From the NCBI GenBank assembly GCA_001179505.1, contig CDMY01000356.1:372001-436000 (forward strand): 64,000 nt of DNA, read 5' to 3'. The notes under the pieces were generated by a model. It worked only from the letters and a program-made list of their open reading frames with translations, searched no databases and was not told where the DNA came from. The translations under genes and the position numbers were made by a program. Shown here piece by piece: positions 36,748 to 50,037 of the stretch (the stretch's first letter is position 1; the number at the start of each line of letters is the position of its first letter). This DNA is from Vitrella brassicaformis CCMP3155. Its lineage: Eukaryota > Protista > Chromerida.

Positions 36748-39700
36748 ATGTCGTCGGGCCGTCAGAACACCGACATGGCCCCTGCTGGCCGGGCAGACGG
36801 TGGCAATGGCGATGAAGGTACACTCAGCTCAGACAAATGCAGCACATCACACACAAGGCAACATCGTGTGTGTGGATGTGTGTGTTCCTTTGCAGACGAT
36901 GTAGCCGGGGAGGAGACCAACGGCTTTTATTTGACGAGGGTGAGCGACGAGCTGTGAGATATAGCAAGGCAGCACGGTCACGACTGCTCGTGTATGTGTA
37001 TTTGTGTGTGTGTGTGCGTGTGTGCGTGTGCAGGTGTTGTCCGTGTTGAAGGGGGCCGCGGTGTCGGCGGGCAGAGCCGGGGACGACAGAACACAGGTAC
37101 ACGCCGGCCGATCCACCGACACACAAATCAGAATCGCCCTTCAGAGCTCATCGTTAGTAATCTTGTATGTGTTTGCCCGTTGTGCCAACCACAGGTGCGC
37201 CGTTACCACACAACTGGTTCCCTCCCGGCACCAGTGGCGCTAGCAGACGGCTATCCGAGCGCATCCTCCGCCGCACAGTCACCGGCGAACAGCATGTGAC
37301 GGACGTGATCCAGCAGCATAAGGCCGACCCCAATGTGGAGCTGTGGCTACATACGGATGATGAGAATGGCCATTCTAGCTATGCAGATTATCCGCTGCTG
37401 GCGCTGTGCCCTGACAACCTCTCGGACAACCGCGTGCGATCCATCTGGGCAGCCGACAGGGACGTGGACGACGACATGGAGGCTTGTGGGTGTCCCGTCG
37501 TCTTGCCCATGTGGCAGACCCCCAGCCTCCAGCTCGCCATCATGCGAGTCCTGATCGAGAGAGGGGCGGACATCAATGCGGGTGATCTGTGTGCGCCCAT
37601 CGTTGTGGCCATCAGAGCCTGCAATCGGGCCGCATTCGACCTCCTGATCGGCCAGCCAGGTACGCACCCATTCACAGCACTCACGACACGGAACACACAG
37701 CATGGTGGCTGTCTGTCTGTCTGTCTGTTTCAGGCATCCAGCTGCAGGGGCGATGCGTGCTGATGGTGCCGCCTTCTCGTCGGACGGATCAGCCGACTGA
37801 GGCTGACGAGGCCACCCTGCTGTCCTTCTACCGGGAGCTCATCCAGCGGGACAGCACACTCGCAACAGAGCGGGACCCGGATGGCACCAATCCGGTGCAT
37901 TGGGCGGCCGCGGGCCCTCCCGTCTGGTCCCAGCGGTTCATCGAGATCTATCTCGACCTGCTGGTGAACAACGGGGCCGACCTCAGGGCCGTGGACAATG
38001 ATGGATGGACTCCATTGCACTTCGCGGCGGACTGGGGCTCCCACTGTGTCGCTGCGTCTCTGTGTCGCCGCCTCGCCGCTGCTGACGTCAACAGAGGGCT
38101 GCCGAATGACCCCACCTACACACCCCTCACCCGTGCTGCCCAACAGCTCGACGAGGACACCCAACGGCTGCAGGACGACAACACGGAGCAGACCGAGAGG
38201 GACCGGGCCACCATCCGGATTCCCCACGTCAAGACCACCATCCGTGTGCTGCTCCAAGCGGGCGGTGACATCGCCCGCATGCCCACCGCCACACAAAAGG
38301 ACCACCGCAGTCGCCAGCTGGTGTCGACCGTGGCCAACGAGCTGCCCATTCCCGAGCCGCGCCCCGCCACCATCGAGGCGCAGGAGCGGCTGCAGAAGAG
38401 GAAGGAGGACCGCGACAAGCGCAAGGGCCGACAGGCCACACGAGAGCTCAGGGAGGCCCCCACAGCGGCCGAATTGGCGCGACAGCAGAAAGAGGCCGAC
38501 GCCCATGCGGAGGCCCTCATCAGAGAGGAGGCGGCCAAGAAGAAGACGGCGGCCAACAAGAAGGAGGCGAGCAAGAAGAAGGACAAGAATCAGGGCAAGA
38601 GGGCGGGCAAGAGGCAGCCCAGCACAGCCACCTCCACCTCCACCAGCAGCCCGCCGGGCGGCGAAGACGATCAGGCGGACAGCAGTGGGGCAGCCGATGA
38701 TCAAGATGAAGACATCGACACCCTCCTGCTGAGGTCAGCTTTCGCCAGCCGCGCCGTCGAAAGCCAGAAGCAGACAACCAAGCTCGAACAGCAGAAGGCG
38801 ACACCCACCAGACGCGAGCCACCTGCCCACACCAAAGAGTCGACTCGTTCCCCCTTCTCGCCCTTCCAGCCTCCCACACGCAAGCCCAAAAAGACTGAGC
38901 AGCCGTCAGCTGACCGTCTGCTGCTCTCTCGCCCCAGCGGTGTGTCGACGGCCGATCAGACGCCGCGCGAGGAGCGCCTTCCGGGCCCATTGGCAGGCAG
39001 CAAATTGGGCAGAGGCAGGGGGCTGGGCCTCCCGGCTGCTGCACCAGCCCTGTTGTCTCGGCCTGCCCCTCCCACTCCCCGTCTGCCATCGGCTGAGGAG
39101 CTGCGCGAGTCGGCCAGGCGGCGATCGTTTGTGTCGTCGAGCACATCCCACCCGCCCCCACCCCCCCGGCCCCTCTCACCTGCACACCAATCGCCGAGCG
39201 GTGCCGATGATGGATTCCCGCCTCTAGCACATGCGTCACAGCAGCTGTAGGCAGACAGACAGAGAGAAGGGGATGAATGGATGTGCACAATGAATGGTGT
39301 TGTTGTGTGTCGTCGTCTCTCTTTGTGTCAGCAACGGCTCGTTTCCCGCGTCCTCGAGTGGACATCGTCCGTCATGTCACCGGGGCCCCCCGCCACTCGT
39401 CAAGTATCCCAAGTAAGGCACTGACAGGCCGACATGAGGCCACCTCACTCACACACCAATGGGTGATTATCGTGCACCCATCTTCTCATGTCGTTAGGGG
39501 CTCTTGTAGGCGTGTTGAGTGGGTGGCTGAGGAGGGTCTTGAGCGTGACGCTGGTAGCGACGCAGAAGACAGTGGCGCTGACGGCGAAGACACAGACCCA
39601 GTGCAGAGGTCGGCACAGCCAGGCCCACCACACACTTGCTCACTTATTGCGGCTGTCATGCAGGCTGCTGTCGGCTGCGGCAGCTGCTGATGACGCCGAC

Positions 39701-41589
39701 AACAAGGGCACTCGTCGGCCGAACAGACACAGGTGATCTCCGTTGGCCAGTGCTGAGCCTCTCCCAACTGCATCCCTTGTGTGGTTTGCAGGCCCTCGTC
39801 TCACTCGTCAGGTGCCGCCGCGGCATGTGCATCTGCGTCTGCCTCACCGCCGTCATTCCGAGCGGCAAACGACGCTCGCTACCCAGAGCACCGACACCAA
39901 GACGACAGGTCCGTTATTTGCTACAGACGTGCAGTGCACAAGCACGGCAGAGGTATCATATATTCTGTGTGTGCAGTGAGGATGACGAGCAAAGCCAGAT
40001 GGCCATCCGTGCGTCACTCCACGAGGCCACGACCGCCGCCATGATGATGCCCCCGCCATCCCCGCCCTCCTTGTCGCTGTCGTCTGGTGGCCATGCCAGT
40101 GGCGCATCCGCAGCAGCAGCGGCGCCGCTGGGCCCTCAAGAAGATACCGTGTCCAGGGCTATGTTTCCCCCGTCCTCGAGTGTGGATCGTCCCTCGTCTC
40201 ACCGGGGCCCTCCGCCACTCGTCAAGTCTCCCAAGTCAGATGCAGACAGAACGATGAATCGCCACACGTGGCCACACACCTGGTTGGCTCTGTTCATCTT
40301 CTGCTTAGGTCATTGGAGCTGTCATTGGGACAGGACAGTTCTGACGAGTTGGATGATGCCTCTTGCCCGCCGCCATTGTCTGAGCACAGGTATACACACA
40401 GCCGCCTCCAATTCGCTGTCTCTTTTCATCTGTGTCGTGTGGTGTCACCTCTTCTTCGTATGGTGCCTTCCTGCCGTCCAGTAGCTACGGCTTTGCCCCT
40501 ACCGAGCCATCGCCAGCAGCAGCAGCAGCAGCAGCCACCTCCTCGTCTAATGGCTACAACTACCCCAGTGAGCCACCATTATCACCAGCAGCAGCAGCAG
40601 CCGCGGCCAGTGCGTCTTCGTCTCAGCGATTTGACCAATCGTACGCCACACACTCATTCACTCAAGCAGGGAGAGGGCAGGCTGGTGACGGCCATCCCTT
40701 CAGCGGCTCATACGACGACTCATCGCAATACCACCACACGGCTCCAGAGTACGCTCGTGCATACCAATGAGCTGCTTGCAGGTGCCCTCATACTTGTGTT
40801 CTCTGTCTGTCTGTCAGGCCTTATGAGTGGCCGTCATGGTCCAACGGGTCGTGGGCTAATGAGGATATCCCTGACAGTGAGGTGCCGCTTCCGGGTCCGA
40901 TATTCGAAAATGAGGAGGACGACCAAACACTGCCACACTCGGCATCACCATACGCCGCTGCTGCTGCTGCTGGTGGTGGTGGAGATGAGAGGTACGCACA
41001 CACGATGACCGATCAATTGTTCTTGAACGGATTGATCGGATGTGTTCAGTATCGCCGGGACGTCTCGTGAGAATGAGGTGCTCAAGCGTGAGAATGAGGA
41101 GCTCAAGCGAAGGTACGCACCACATAATGCAACCAGGGGAGGAACACTCATCATGCACTCACTGTGCGGTCGATCAGGCTGGCCGAGTTGACCGTCCAGC
41201 AGCCGCCCCATTCATCCCAGCCACCCTCGTCCAGCAGCTCAAGCGCCCCTCCCCCACTCCAGCCACACTCACGGCCACAGCCACAGCAGCCACATGGCAG
41301 CGCTGACGACACGGCTGGCGAGTGTGTGATACGTTTCGGCGAGCACGGCGCTGCGTCGATCATGTATGTGCCGTGCAAGCACCTGTGTGTGTGCGGCCAC
41401 TGCTATGCCGATCGCCGGCGGCGCCACGAGGCTCGGGTGCGGCGCATTCGGCGGCTCAACGCCCGAGCTGAGAGCGAGGCCGACAAGCGGCCCATCCCCA
41501 CGTTCGAGTGTGACATCTGCCGCAAAGAGGTCGGCTTCGCCGGCACTCAGGCAGAGGTGCGCCAGTGGATCGAACGACCATTCACTTAG
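36748..41589 (+). CDS. Ankyrin-repeat protein with coiled coil, UIM-like motif and C-terminal RING finger (putative E3 ligase)
   Basis: Ankyrin repeats (VLIERGADINAG, GTNPVHWAA, LLVNNGADLRAVDNDGWTPLHFAA). The ORF-track stop at 39250 is intronic (donor 39247). Ten in-frame exons lead through EDDEQSQMAIRASLHEA (UIM-like) to CVIR..YVPCKHLCVCGHC..CDIC RING. Stop 41587-41589. The 5' exon structure is uncertain because of an in-frame TGA at 36955. Confidence 0.75.
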
Positions 41590-42108
41590 ACAGACAGCAG
41601 GCTGACGAGTGATCAGATTTAGATGGGGGAGGGGGGTGCATGGCTGTGGGTGCGCGTAGGAGAGAGCTTGTGTGGCCCACTGGATGCGGCCATTCATGTC
41701 GCGCTCTGACTGACTGACATACTGACTGACATACTGCAGGGCAGGCGGGAAGTAGAGGGAGTAGGCGGGAAGTAGAGCTGCCCGACTGAGATGGGCGAGC
41801 CCGGTATGAAACAGCTTGGGACCCTGAAGCGCATCGCATCATGGCGGGTGTGTGTGCCATGGTTCCGTGCGAGTGGATGAGTGGAAGAGGCGCTGACCTC
41901 CATTGCGATAGCAGCGGGGAATTGCATCAGCGTCGAGAAAAACCGCCATGTCGCTCCACACAAGGATGGCTGCGACGCACAAGCCTTGAGGCCGTGTGGC
42001 GAGTGTGTCACAGGAGTTTAGGCGCTGCTGTGAATCCTTTTTTGCTGAGAGAGTTTACAAAAGTTCTTCGCCAAAGTTCTGCTCCTTTCGTATCCATCTG
42101 CTCCCGCC

Positions 42109-42898
42109 ATGGAGCGTGGGAGGGAGGATGACCTGGATTACGACACGATGTGTGATGAGCTGCTGGAACTGGCCACAGAGCTCACAGAGAGCAACAGGGC
42201 CATGGCCTTCACGCAGGGCGGCCAGTCCCAATCGCAGTCATCCAGCCTCTCCCTCGTGGTGCTGTCCAACCTCCCGCACGACAAACTCAAGCCGCTCATC
42301 AGCCACCTCGACGCGCACAGCCTCACCCGCAAGCAGATCTGCAAATTGCTGCGCCACGCTTTCCGGCCGTCGGTGCCGGGCAAGCCCACCGGCATATCGC
42401 TGAGAGACCAGAAGGCCATCATCGCCGTCCTGCTGGCCGGCTCACCCGCCGATGGCGACGCGGCGCCCGAGCGCCTTTGCAACGTCGCTTTGGCGCTGCT
42501 GCAGGTGTTCATGACGGAGCCGACGGTTGAGGCCAAGGTGGTGTCGTGGGCCCTGCAGCAGATCATGACGTGCATCCCACAGATGAGCCCCGAGGCGCTC
42601 GACCTCCTGGTGCAGAGGGTCTTCAAAGTGGCGTTGGAGAAGGGGAGCGGGTCGCCACGGCAGTCGGCCAAGTCCGACAAGAGCGGCAAGTGGAAGGGCG
42701 GCAAGGGGAAGGGCGGCCACGGGGTGGAGTGCCTGGAGCTGCTGTCGTCCCTGCTGGAGTCCTGCGGGCGGTGTGAGGGCATAACGATGGCGGAGAGGGG
42801 CGGGGAGGGAGAGGAGATGACGGGCAAGGGGTACGTCGACGAATGGCTGACGCGTTTGTGGGGTGCGGAGGAATGGTCAGCTACACATACACAGACAC

Positions 42899-42933
<35 letters not shown>

Positions 42934-45900
42934 TGGCTGCTCTTTGACTTTTTTCCTTGTCAGGTCCCCTCGCGCCATCCCGGTGTTGCTGCGGCAGCTG
43001 GGCGACCTCCCGCTGACAACCGATGACCTACGACAGCTCATCCACAGCACCTGCAAGCAGCTCAAGATCGCCACACGGCTGGACAAGGACAAGGACAACA
43101 TGCAAGATGACGATGGCCGCGAGAGGGATAGTGAGAGTGCGATAGCGGAAGCGTATGACCATCTGCCCCAGGTGGTGGTGGAGCTGTTCTCGGTGGTGCA
43201 GCGGGGGACGGCCGAGGTCAAGGGCGAGTGTTTGCGCAAGGTCGCATCGTACTTCGCAGAGCTGGACCAGCGGATGTGAGCATGCAGGAATGGACGGACA
43301 GGGGCGGGAAGGGCGCAGACACACCCAAGTATACGGATAATGGATGTGTTGTGTGTGGCATTCATTGCTGGCAGGGCTAAGTGGCGATTGGAATCATCGC
43401 GGCCATTGGCGCAGGCGTCGTATGATGGAGCACTGCAGGCTCACGTGGTGCTGCTGCTGCAGGCACAGACATTCTATGGATTCAACTTCATCAAACTGCT
43501 CAAGTGAGGGAGAACCAAGCGTCATCCCATCCATCCATCCATGGCAAGGAGCAAAGGCATTAGGTGTGTGTCTGTATATGTATCTGCAGATCGCAGAACG
43601 TTTCGATGTCTCCATTTCTGCTGTCCATGTCGCTGGCCACCAGCAGGTCTCCCAGCAGTCTCCTCGACATAGAGATGGACGAAGACGACAAGAAACAAAC
43701 CGCCAAAAGTGAGGATCCTCACAGCGTGGCCAGCACACCAGACGTCACACAACTTCACACGCACTCCCTCCCTCTCATGTGTGTGCAGATGGCCATGAGG
43801 ACGCCACCATCAGCACTCTGCGCTGCCTCTTCATGGCCTCATTCACCCCACCCCCGGCCGCAGACCTCATCGCGGGCATCACCTCACCCACCCTCCCCGG
43901 CCTCCAGAAGCGCCCCTCCATCAGGTGGACGACCGCCATTCTGCGTAGAGTGGCGGAGATGATGCCCGACCCCCTCACGGCCTTCGAGATCAGCTGGGCG
44001 GTCAAGGGCGGCCTCGGCCAAACCTGCGATAGCGAGAATTCCGACATGGCCGCCCGCTACCTCGAGCTGGCGTACGCGCTGCTGGGGGGCAAGGCCGTGG
44101 GCAGGGGGGGCGAGGGCATGATGGCGCTGGGGTGTGAGATGGTGATCAAGGTGTTTAAGAGGTTCGTCGAGCGTAGGGGTGCGATCCTGAGCACGTTGCT
44201 GCCCCGAGTGCTGTCGTCGGACGTGCGCATCAAGGAGGCACGTGTCGTGGCATTCATCCTTTGGCGAATCGCAAAGGAACACGGGTGAGTGAGTGACCCC
44301 TGACCTGACCCGACAAGAGACACATGCATGGGTATTGACATGACATGTACATCTCTGTCGTGCTCTCTGACTTTCAGTAGCAAACTGCTATCGTCGCATC
44401 TGGCGCACCTCCGTGACGCCCTGTACGAGGCCCCCCGGCTCACCCCCTCCCATGCAGACCTGCTCTTCGGAGCCCTCGCGCCACTCTTCTCTCTTCACCC
44501 AGACCTACAGGTAGGTGCATTCGCACGCACAGGGGTTAGACACATATATATGAGCGAGATTCCCCTTCTCCTTTTTCTCCAGGAGTCGCTCATCATTGCG
44601 CTGCGCAAGTCCATCATGGTCACACCCCTCGCGCCACGACTGGTCGCCACACGGGGCTTCATCCATCTGCTGGCGTTCGCCATGGGCGGCACAGCCACCG
44701 ATTTCGGTGCCCTGGTGGCCGAGGGCTTCCCTCGCCACAAGGGCTGGGCCAAGGACAATGACATGCAGCCGACATCGAGCGGTCGAGACGACCCAGAGGT
44801 GGTCCACGAGGTGCGCATGGGTGGAGGGGCAAAGCAGCGCGGCCATCGGCGGGACGAGGGGCGAGGGTCCGAGTCGCTATTCGACGAGTGCGCCGGCATC
44901 CTCGTGAGAGCGGTCCGGGACGACCCCACGGTGCAGCACGACATCTACGTCGGTCTGTGTGCGCTGTTCGAGTCGCTCTGGACGTCGTTGGCATCCACCA
45001 GTGCCATCGATAGCCACGAAGACGCCCCCGCACAGCCAGCACCAGCACCGGCGGCCGCAACGGCCGCAGCAGCAGCTGCGGCCGCCCCATTCCCCAGCCC
45101 AGCGAGGAGCAGTGACGTGTCAAGCAGCTTCGGTAGTCGCATTCTGCAGCTGTTGGTAGATGAGTTCGAAAGGTCCTTGAGAGTAGCTCTGAAGAACATC
45201 GATCGCATCGTTGCAGCGGAGAGGGGCGAGGGGGATAGAGGGGCCGGGGGCAGACGCGTGGACGAGTCGAGAAGTGGGCTGACCCTAAATGACCTGCTGA
45301 TACCCAAGGAGGGCCCGCCTCAGCCTGTCGGCGGCAAGAAGGTGGGCTGCTGCTGCTGCTACTGCTGCTGGCAGAGGTGAAAATGCATTCATTGTGTGTG
45401 TTGTTTGCTGTCTTGGATGTGTGCAGGGCGGTGTTGGTACGCAAGGGGGCGAGCAGGGGAGGAAGGTGACGCCCCTCCAGGTGATGGGGCAGCCCCTCCA
45501 GCTGCTGCTCGCCTTACTTGTCAGGTGTGTGCACATACACCCATGAGCAGAGACACGACAGCAGCAAGGACATCATCCATCCGGCTCACCTCCCGCTTCT
45601 CTGCATTGTGTTTCAGACTCGACCATACCATCGCCGTCTGCCACACGTCCACGCATCAGCACGAGCATGAGCAGCAGGAGGGTAAGGGTGAGGGCATGGA
45701 CGACGACGCCAAGGTCCGCGAGCCTCAGGGAGAGCCGCACACCAGTGGCCGTGACGCGCAGCTGACGAGCGGCCTGACGACGCTGCACCACATGCTGGTC
45801 GGGGTGGCACGAACACTCCGCCACTGCCGCGTCGAGACGTTCAACTTCTTCGATGGTGACAAACACGACATTGACCTCTCCGCACTGTCCACGTAGGCAT

Positions 45901-48900
45901 CCACCCACCAAACCCAGCACGGAAAGACCGCCTGCTCGTTGTCCGTCTTTGGCCAGGGCTGGTTCTCGCAACATGTCGATCCTGTTTCTGCTTTTCTCGA
46001 TGCTGGAGGGGCTGGCATCCTACGTCTGCCTGTGCTCGACCCCCAGCAAGGACGACGACGGCGAGATAGAGGGCGGCAGGCACCCCCACGACCTGCGGCT
46101 GAGTGACCAGGACAAGGCGCAGCTGCTCAGCAAATGCCTTGACCTCCATGGCCAGCTCGTCAAGGTGACCGTCGAGGAAGCCAGGAACCAGAAACACTCG
46201 AAACAGGTCAGCAAGGGAGGGGAGTGACGGAGACACACACACGCCGTCTTAGTATCCACACACATCTCTCCTTGTGTCCGTGTAAACAGGCGTTGAGTCG
46301 ATTGAGTGCGGTGCCGCCCAACGTGACGTGGCCCGCCCTGAGCCAGTTGATGTCGTGGGTGTCAGACTCACCCAAGCCGCCGGACGGAGGCGACGCTGCT
46401 GCTCAACTTGGCACTGCCGAGCAGCCGATGGACCTGGACGACGGCGACGGCCCCGCGCAGCAGCAGGCGGACCACGATGACACGCTGCAGCGGCACCTGG
46501 CCAAGTCACATCACACCATACTCGCTCTGTGCCAGGTAGGTGGGAGGGGCAGAGCAAACCTCCACACAACACGCACCCACTACAGTATTGTCTGTCTGTC
46601 TGTCTGTTGCTGTCATTCGCGTCAGCGGGCTCTTGATGGTCTCGGCGCCACGCTGAGCGGCAGCACGTCCGTCGATGCGGTGCCCCATCTGTACCGGTCC
46701 ACCATGTCCATCCGCCACATCACCGTCTGGTCCATACGCATCCTCTCACCCAAACTCGCCAAGGACACAACCAGCACCAAGGCAGCCGCCGCCACCAAGG
46801 GCGGCGAGCAACCCAACGGCAGCGACCATGAGGGTCAGGCGGTGGATGCAGACAACGATCAGCATGACGTCGATGACACCAACGGGTGGGAGGAGGACGC
46901 TGCCGTGACGCGCAACGTCACTCAGGCCTTCACGGTCACGGGCGGGCAGTGGGCGCCCTCTGCCCTCAGACACTTCCCTGCCATCGCACAGTCGCTGGTG
47001 GCTCTGGCCAACACGTCCATGGCGGCCGACATCAAGCGCACCAAGAGGACGAAGATCCCCCCCAAGAAAGAGAAGCCCAAGGCCGCCAAAGACAAGAAGG
47101 GAGACAAGGGCGACAACAACAAGAAGAGCAAGAAGAAATCCGACGACAGCGATGAGGACATGCGCGACTCAGACGACGACGATGATGATGACGACATGGA
47201 TGACGACAGGCCCGCCGCCCCAACACCAGCAGCGAAGGGCAAGGCCAAGGCCAAGGGCAAAGCGAAGGCGAAGGCCAAGGGCAAGGCTGCGGCAGGCAGG
47301 CCCAAGAAGGAGCCGCAGAAGGCCGTGTTCCGGCCGCCGTCTTCATGGAGCATGGCGTTTGGGCTGCTACACGAGATGGCCGAGATGCTCTTCAACCAGA
47401 TACTCAAGCACACCAGGGAGCAGCGGCAGCAGCAGCAGGACAAAGAGGATGGTGATCGTGATGCGGCGATGGACGTGGGTGGCGCTGGCGGGGAGGGGGA
47501 GGGGGAGGGCGGCAAGGCGGCCACCACCACCTGTGGTGGGGTCAGTCTGGGTGCCGAGACGCTGTATCGCGGCTATGCAATGACGATGGCGGCATTCGTC
47601 ACGAGCGGCGCCGAGGAGAGGAGAAAGGAGCAGCTCAACGAGATCCTGACACGTCTCGACATGGAGCACTTCCCCGGGTCTCCGCCCCCGAATTGGGATG
47701 AGCTCGACGCCCACCTGCCCATCAAGGACGCCACAGCCATTCTCGACGTCGTCTGCCGATCCATCGAACGTACAGACACACACAGACACACACATACATA
47801 CACATACAAATAAACATATGTACGTGTCCGTGTACATGTGTGTGGTGGATGCACATCTATGTATGCAGAGACCATCGAGGACCTCCTCACCCGCGGCCTG
47901 CCCTTCTTCGAGCTCATCCAGGCTCGCTGCGAACCCGCCGTGGCGGCCCGCCTGCCGTCCTTCGCCGAGGTCTCCAAGGCCGTCGAGCACCTGCTTGCCA
48001 CCCTCGACACCACCAGTCGGCTCATGGCTGCCGCATGCACCCAGCTGGAGTGCGACCCCAGCAAGGCCAGCAAGAAGAAGAAGAACAAGAAGGGGGGCAA
48101 CGGCAGTGGTGGCGGTGAGGTGGACGAGTTGTCCGTGTACGTGAGCCGCCGCGAGCGCTGGGTGCTGTCAGTGCTGAACCGTGGGAGGAAGTACGCCATG
48201 GACGAGCTGGTAGAGATGTCAAAGAGCGAGGATTTCGACAAGCACGTGGCGGCGCTCAAGGGCGGGGTGCTCAAGGCCATGATGGAGCACCTCATGGCCG
48301 TGCAGGCGTGGAGGAGGGGCAACAAAGCCATCGAGACACTCCAACTCATGGCTGGGGTACCCATCCCATCCACACATCCCCACAAACGCCCCTGCATCCA
48401 TCCATCCATGTGTGTCTGTGTGTCTGTCTGTCTGCAGGAGATCCGCGATAGGGTGCTCGAGGCCGACGCGGCCAAGCGCAAGGCCAAGAAGGCCAAGAAG
48501 AAGAAAAAGAAGAAAAAGGACGACGACGCCGATGAGGACGATGAGGATGAGCAAGATCAAGACGAGGAGGGAGAGGAGGACAACGATGACGACGACGAGG
48601 ACATGGTCAAGCCCGAGCCGGTCGTCAAGCGAGAGGCCACCATGGAGGAGAGCGGCGTTGGAGACGAGGACACCGTTGGTCAGGTGCGCTCAGCTCATGT
48701 CGCACGTGTACGTCAGATCCATGCCGACGTGTCTCCTCTCTCCCTCTCTTTCAGGTGCGGCGCGTTAGTCGTGACCGCGCCTCTGAGTACGGCCCCTTCG
48801 GCTTCACCGCAGACAACGCCAACCAGGGCATCAAAATCATATGCACCATGCTCGCACAAGCCGTCAAGGAGTGAGTGAGGCAGAGGACAGACACACACAC

Positions 48901-50037
48901 AAGGAGAGAGGGAGGGAGGGAGGGATGGAGGGAGGGAGAAGTGGGGATGTATGTGTCTCATCCATCCTCATTGACAGGTTTGAGTACGTGTGGGATCGCA
49001 TGTGGAAGATCCGCGCTGCAGCGGTGAAGGAGAAGAAGGCAGGCGCCGAAAAGCGTCGGCGCGAGATCGAGTCGCTGTGGGAGGCCGGGTTCGGGCAGAT
49101 GGAGCTCGTGTGCCTGTGCCTGCAGCACTGCATGGAGGTGCCGCGCCCGCAGCACCTCAAGGACGTCATGCAGTGCCTGCTCAAGCTGTTCAAGGTGAAT
49201 TCCTTGAACCGTGTCTCCCACACACACACACACACATGGATGGATGGATGGATGTGTGTATGCAGCTGTTTAGCGAGAAGGTGTTGAAGCATCTGGTGTC
49301 GGTCAAGTACAAGGCGGCTGAGAGCAAGCTGGTGGACCTCGTCAAGAGGTTCTACGAGCTGCGCCAGCGGCAGCTGAACCTGCCGGGCGTCAAGACCAAC
49401 AAGGAGCAGGCCAAGGCCACCAAGGGCAACACCAAAGCACAGATGGACTACATCCCCAAGTGAGTAGACGAGGGAGGGAGGCAAACAACAAGGGAGACAC
49501 TGTGTGGATGTTTATGCGCGTGTATGGTGTGGCCATGTCTGTCTGTCTGTCAGGGTGGATTACTACTTCGAGCGTGCCGAGTCGTATCTGTCGAAGCTGC
49601 CCGACGCCGCCCACGTGCTGCGCGAGGCCAAGGCCACAATGAAGAGGTGGCGGAGCTTCGATATCAATTTTGACGCATTTCAGGTCGGCTGCCCCACCCA
49701 GACGTAGCGAGACATCCCATCCACTGGACGTATGTGTGTCGTATCGTTCCCCTCCCCCCCGCTGCATCAGGCGCCGAAGCCCGAGCCAGAGGAGGACATC
49801 ATGATGGAAGACCAAGACCAAGACCAAGAGCAACAGCAGCCCGATGAAGACGAGGAGGAGGAGGATGCAGAGCCCCAGCCCAAGAAGAGCAAGAAGAAGA
49901 AGGACGCCGTTAGGGAGAAGAACGAGAAGGACAAGAACAAGAAGAAGCGCAAGCGGCAGAGCAGCGAACAGGAGGACGAGGGCGAAGAGGACCAGCCAGA
50001 CAACGGAGCCGACGAGGAGGAAGGGGAGGACGACTGA
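42109..50037 (+). CDS. FANCI: Fanconi anemia group I protein homolog
   Basis: Segments resemble the FANCI solenoid: TGKGYVDEWLTRLWGAEEW|..VLLRQLGDLPLT..LPQVVVELF..YFAELDQR, SPFLLSMSL, and C-terminal YIPK|VDYYFERAESYLSKL..MKRWRSFDINF (cf. IP.LIF.IE.YEKFLI.LSKK..RDF.I), followed by a K/E-rich tail. Large acidic and basic insertions. Confidence 0.75.
42880..42932. repeat. Intronic (ACACAT)n hexamer tract in the first FANCI intron
   Basis: acacatacacagacacatacacatacacatacacatacacatacacac visible. Confidence 0.85.

Noticed and set aside
36955-36957. Selenocysteine recoding of the in-frame TGA
   Set aside because: No Cys/redox context and no recognisable SECIS. A nonsense codon or poison exon is simpler.
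37730-38704. 324-aa minus-strand ORF, and similar long antisense ORFs at 23544-24311, 46922-47990 and 49390-50247
   Set aside because: Shadow frames opposite well-supported genes
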